The notes beneath the pieces were generated by a model. The model made no database searches. It was given only the letters and a program-made list of their open reading frames with translations, and was not told the origin of the DNA. DNA of 63,290 nt, filler included, from Chiloscyllium plagiosum (Eukaryota): the NCBI RefSeq assembly GCF_004010195.1. It is 5 parts of one record of this genome, joined end to end, with 100 filler letters (N's around TTAATTAATTAA, not from the genome) between each part and the next. Parts side by side here need not be neighbours in the genome. Positions count along the whole stretch, not along the records: positions 59,094 to 63,290 come from NC_057712.1; 4 more parts are not named here. The stretch is one strand, 5' to 3'. This document shows, one piece after another, positions 59,094-63,290 of the stretch; positions within the stretch are counted from its first letter, which is position 1, and every line of letters starts with the position of its first letter. The position numbers and the translations under genes are program-made.

Positions 59094-61960
59094 GCACTTC
59101 CTCCTCTGTAATATGGACATTTTGCAAGATGTCACCATCTATTTCCCTACATTCGATATCTTCCATACCCTTTTCCACAGTAAATACTGATGCAAAATAC
59201 TCATTTAGTATCTCCCCTATTTTCTGCGGCTCCACACAAAGGCCGCCTTGCTGATCTTTGAGGGGCCCTATTCTCTCCCGAGTTACCCTTTTTTTTCTTT
59301 ATGTATTTGTAAAAACTTTTTGGATTCTCCTTAAATTCTAGTTGCCAAAGCTATCTCATGTCCCCGTTTTGCTCTCCTGATTTCCCTCTAAAGTAGACTC
59401 CTACTGCCTTTATACTCTTCTAAGGATTCACTCAATCTATCCTGTCTATGCCTTACATATTCTTCCTTCTTTTTCTTAACCAAACTCTCAATTTCTTTAG
59501 TCATCCAGCATTCCCGATACCTACTAGCCTTCCCTTTCACCCTGACAGGAATATACTTTCTCTGGATTCTTGTTATCTCATTTCTGAAGGCTTCCCATTT
59601 CCAGCCATCCCTTTACTTGCGAACATTTGCCCCCAATCAGCTTTCGAAAGTTTTTGTCTAATACCATCAAAATCAGCCTTTCTCCAATTTAGAACTTCAA
59701 CTTTTAGATCTGGTCTATCCTTTTCCATCTTTATTTTAAATCTAATAGAATTATGGTCGTTGGCCCCAAAGTGCTCACCCACTGACACCTCAGTCACCTG
59801 CCCTGCCTCATTTCCCAAGAGTAGGTCAACTTTTGCACCTTCTCTAGTAAATACACTCACATACTGAATCAGAAAACTGTCTTGTACACACTTAACAAAC
59901 TCCTCTCCATCTAAGCCCTTAACACTATGGCAGTCCCAGTCTATGTTTGGAAAGTTAAAATCCCCTACCATAACTCTCCTATTATTCTTACAGATAGCTG
60001 AGATCGCCTTACAAGTTTGTTTCTCAATTTCCCTCTGACGATTGGGAGGTCTATAATACAATCCCAATAAGGTGATCATCCCTTTCTTATTTCTCAGTTC
60101 CACCCAAATAACTTCCCTGGATGTATTTCCGGGAATATCCTCCCTCAGCACAGTTGTAATGCTATCCTTTATCAAAAATGCCACTCCCCCTCCTCTCTTG
60201 CCTCCCTTTCTATCCTTCCTGTAGCATTTGTATCCTGGAACATTAAGCTGCCAGTCCTGCCCATCCCTGAGCCATGTTTCTGTAATTGCTATGATATCCC
60301 AGTCCCATATTCCTAACCATGCCCTNNNNNNNNNNNNNNNNNNNNNNNNNNNNNNNNNNNNNNNNNNNNNNNNNNNNNNNNNNNNNNNNNNNNNNNNNNN
60401 NNNNNNNNNNNNNNNNNNNNNNNNNNNNNNNNNNNNNNNNNNNNNNNNNNNNNNNNNNNNNNNNNNNNNNNNNNNNNNNNNNNNNNNNNNNNNNNNNNNN
60501 NNNNNNNNNNNNNNNNNNNNNNNNNNNNNNNNNNNNNNNNNNNNNNNNNNNNNNNNNNNNNNNNNNNNNNNNNNNNNNNNNNNNNNNNNNNNNNNNNNNN
60601 NNNNNNNNNNNNNNNNNNNNNNNNNNNNNNNNNNNNNNNNNNNNNNNNNNNNNNNNNNNNNNNNNNNNNNNNNNNNNNNNNNNNNNNNNNNNNNNNNNNN
60701 NNNNNNNNNNNNNNNNNNNNNNNNNNNNNNNNNNNNNNNNNNNNNNNNNNNNNNNNNNNNNNNNNNNNNNNNNNNNNNNNNNNNNNNNNNNNNNNNNNNN
60801 NNNNNNNNNNNNNNNNNNNNNNNNNNNNNNNNNNNNNNNNNNNNNNNNNNNNNNNNNNNNNNNNNNNNNNNNNNNNNNNNNNNNNNNNNNNNNNNNNNNN
60901 NNNNNNNNNNNNNNNNNNNNNNNNNNNNNNNNNNNNNNNNNNNNNNNNNNNNNNNNNNNNNNNNNNNNGTTGCATTAGAGCCAGTCTCAATACCAGAAAC
61001 TTGGCTGTTCGTGCTACGTTCCCCTGAGAATCCATCACCCCCTACATTTTCCAAAACAGCATACCTGCTTGAAATGGGTTTATCCACAAAAGACTCCTGT
61101 ACTAGCTGCTTACCTCTCTTACCTTTCCTGGAGTTAACCCATCTATGTGACTGTATCTGAGACTTTCCACCCTTCCTATAACTGCCGTCCATCATATTCT
61201 GTTGCTGTTGCAAATTCCTCATTGCCTCTAACTGTCTCTCCACCCGATCCATTCGATTTGATAAGATTCGCATCCAACAGCATTTATGACAGATATAATC
61301 CGCAGTAACCCTTAAACTCTCTTTAAACTCCCATATCTGACAAGAAGTACATATCACTCCACTAAAGGCCATTTTTGCTCCTTCACAATCTACAGATCCA
61401 GAAAGTAACACCATCTCATTCCTCTACAAACACTGCCCCAGGTTAAATTAATAGTTATGGTTCATATTTTAAGTTTAATCAAGAGACATATCTCAAAAAA
61501 CATATAATCAAGAAAGAACCCGCTCTACTCACTACTGCAGATTCTCTGTAGGCCACACGTAAAACAACAACTAAAATCTGATTCTGTGCTGTGAACTTCG
61601 CCAAACAGTTCCTCCAAGATTAGTTGTGAATTTCATTGTTTGATCATTTTCCCAGATGCACTCCGATGTCCAGTGATACATGAATTCAAACAGCAAAGGC
61701 AGTAACTATGCAGGTTCTCTCTCTCTCTCCCCTGCACTGTCCTCACCATGTGCTTCCTTTGTCTGTTCTTCTCCCTTTTAAACCTGTTGTTTTGAGGTTT
61801 TTTTTTCCCCAAAGTTCCAAAACAATGCAACAGCATATAAACAGTAATTGCTGCTCCTGGAATTTGAGGAAATCACCTGCAGCACCTAAAATACCTCAAA
61901 AAAGGAGCAGCTCTTACAGCCAGAAATGTTTCCCGTCCTCCATCTTGGATTACCCAGAAT
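59094..61960 (-). mobile_element. CR1 LINE 5' half: 5' UTR, ORF1 (ATG at 61372) and ORF2 endonuclease
   Basis: ORF1 has CTSC...CHKC and a coiled coil; ORF2 has IAITETWL, YYRPPN, VGDFNFPNIDW and NDHNSI. Confidence 0.92.
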
Positions 61961-62535
61961 CTTCTCCCTCTTGAACTGCAAGGTGAATTCTATCATATTA
62001 TGGTCACTGCCACCCCAGCAGTTCCTTTACCTTAAGCTCCATAATCAACTCTGCCTCACACATCACCAAATCTAGAATTGCCTGTTCCTGAGTGGACTCG
62101 AACACAAGCTGCTCCAAAGAAACCATCTTGCAAATATTCCACAAATTCCTTTTCTTGGGATCCACTACCGACATAATTTTCCCAGTCCACCTGCATATTA
62201 ATGTCTCTCATGATTATTGTTATCAAGTCAAGTCTCCATAGACTTAGCAGACCATAGGACTACTCTTACATTACGGAGAGACAACTGGTGGTGGTTTAAC
62301 ACAAAGGCCACTGTACCTCAGGTGAGGGGAGAGGTTGAGAAGCAGAGTCATGGCAACCCCAGCTGGTGCAGAGTTTGAACCCATGCTTCTTCCCAAACCA
62401 ACCGTCCAGCCAACTGAGCTAAACCAATCCCTGATTAATGTAATAGTACCTTTCTTACATGCCTTTTCTATCTCCAGATTTATTTTCTTCCCCAGATCCT
62501 GACTACTGCTAGGAGACCTGTACGTAACTCAGGTT
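61961..62535 (-). mobile_element. Older CR1 endonuclease fragment, host to the younger CR1 and a SINE
   Basis: Decayed GDFN, LDL and SDH regions on the minus strand. Confidence 0.65.
62224..62431 (-). mobile_element. tRNA-derived SINE (third family)
   Basis: Minus-strand head tttagctcagttgg...gggttcaaactc (A/B boxes). Confidence 0.6.
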
Positions 62536-63054
62536 ATAGAAATGTGAATTCTTTCCTTCGTTCACAACTCATACAACAAGGCCAGCTCAGTCAGATATGG
62601 ATAATATTTGGACTTGGTTGGCAACTGGCACATAATATTCAGGTAAAACAAGTACTAGCATGGGGCACATTGATCAGGAAATTCCCAACCAGCTTTCCTT
62701 GAACTTCGGTGGAACTGCTGTCATCACTCAGTCCCTCACGAACATCAGTCATCAGTGTAACATTTGATTTCTCTCTGCTGTGCAAGGCCACACTGTTACG
62801 CTGCAGTGTCCCTTTAAGATGACTCTGCACCTGGGAATGTTGTTCGGGAGCAGCACGTTCATTCTATACACATATGTGGCCCAATGGTAATGACAGCAGC
62901 CACACGCCCACCCGGTTTGTAAGGAACATGGGGGATCAACATGACCCAGTGCATGCAAGCTTCAGGACAAACTGCAACACACAGAGACTCTCCATCCTCG
63001 ATGACCAAAAACAAGCATCATCTAGTTGTACATGGGATGGGTATACTATCAACT

Positions 63055-63290
63055 TAGAACATAGAACATAGAAGAATACAGCGCAGTACAGGCCCTTTGG
63101 CCCTCGATGTTGCGCCGATCCAAGCCCACCTAACCTATACTAACCCACTATCCTCCATATACCTATCCAATGCCCGCTTAAATGCCCATAAAGAGGGAGA
63201 GTCCACCACTGCTACTGGCAGGGCATTCCATGAACTTACGACTCGCTGAGTGAAGAACCTACCCCTAACTTCAGTCCTATATCTACCACC
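63055..63290 (-). mobile_element. CR1 LINE 3' end, continuing past the window
   Basis: (atagaac)n tail; homologous to 4813-5050. Confidence 0.88.

Noticed and set aside
59573..61414. 613-aa fused ORF1-ORF2 protein
   Set aside because: The continuity comes from translating through an N gap; these are separate CR1 ORFs.
62639..62865. Possible minus-strand terminal exon
   Set aside because: Weak splice acceptor, no recognisable domain, and a length compatible with chance.

Overview
Repeat-saturated eukaryotic DNA, most likely from a cartilaginous fish (shark). The evidence is HE1-type SINEs, shark-style CR1 LINE tails and Penelope-like elements. No host protein-coding gene, RNA gene or CRISPR array can be supported. 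The centre (about 11.3-50 kb) is one large, same-strand satellite domain built from related 27-, 25- and 31-bp units. Many CR1 LINE fragments, SINEs and Penelope-like retroelement (PLE) pieces sit in and around it. The main points of interest are: (1) a class I-type endogenous retrovirus with two LTRs, a tRNA-Pro PBS, a gag start, an env TM region and a PPT (39460-42277); (2) a decayed retrovirus whose Gag, protease and RT start resemble class III ERV-L/ERV-S (about 49974-52970); (3) many PLE pseudo-LTR pieces carrying minimal hammerhead-ribozyme-like cores, several as short palindromic insertions with target-site duplications (TSDs). Family assignments come from recalled motifs, not database searches. 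Most ORFs in the supplied track are artefacts of satellites, microsatellites or N gaps.
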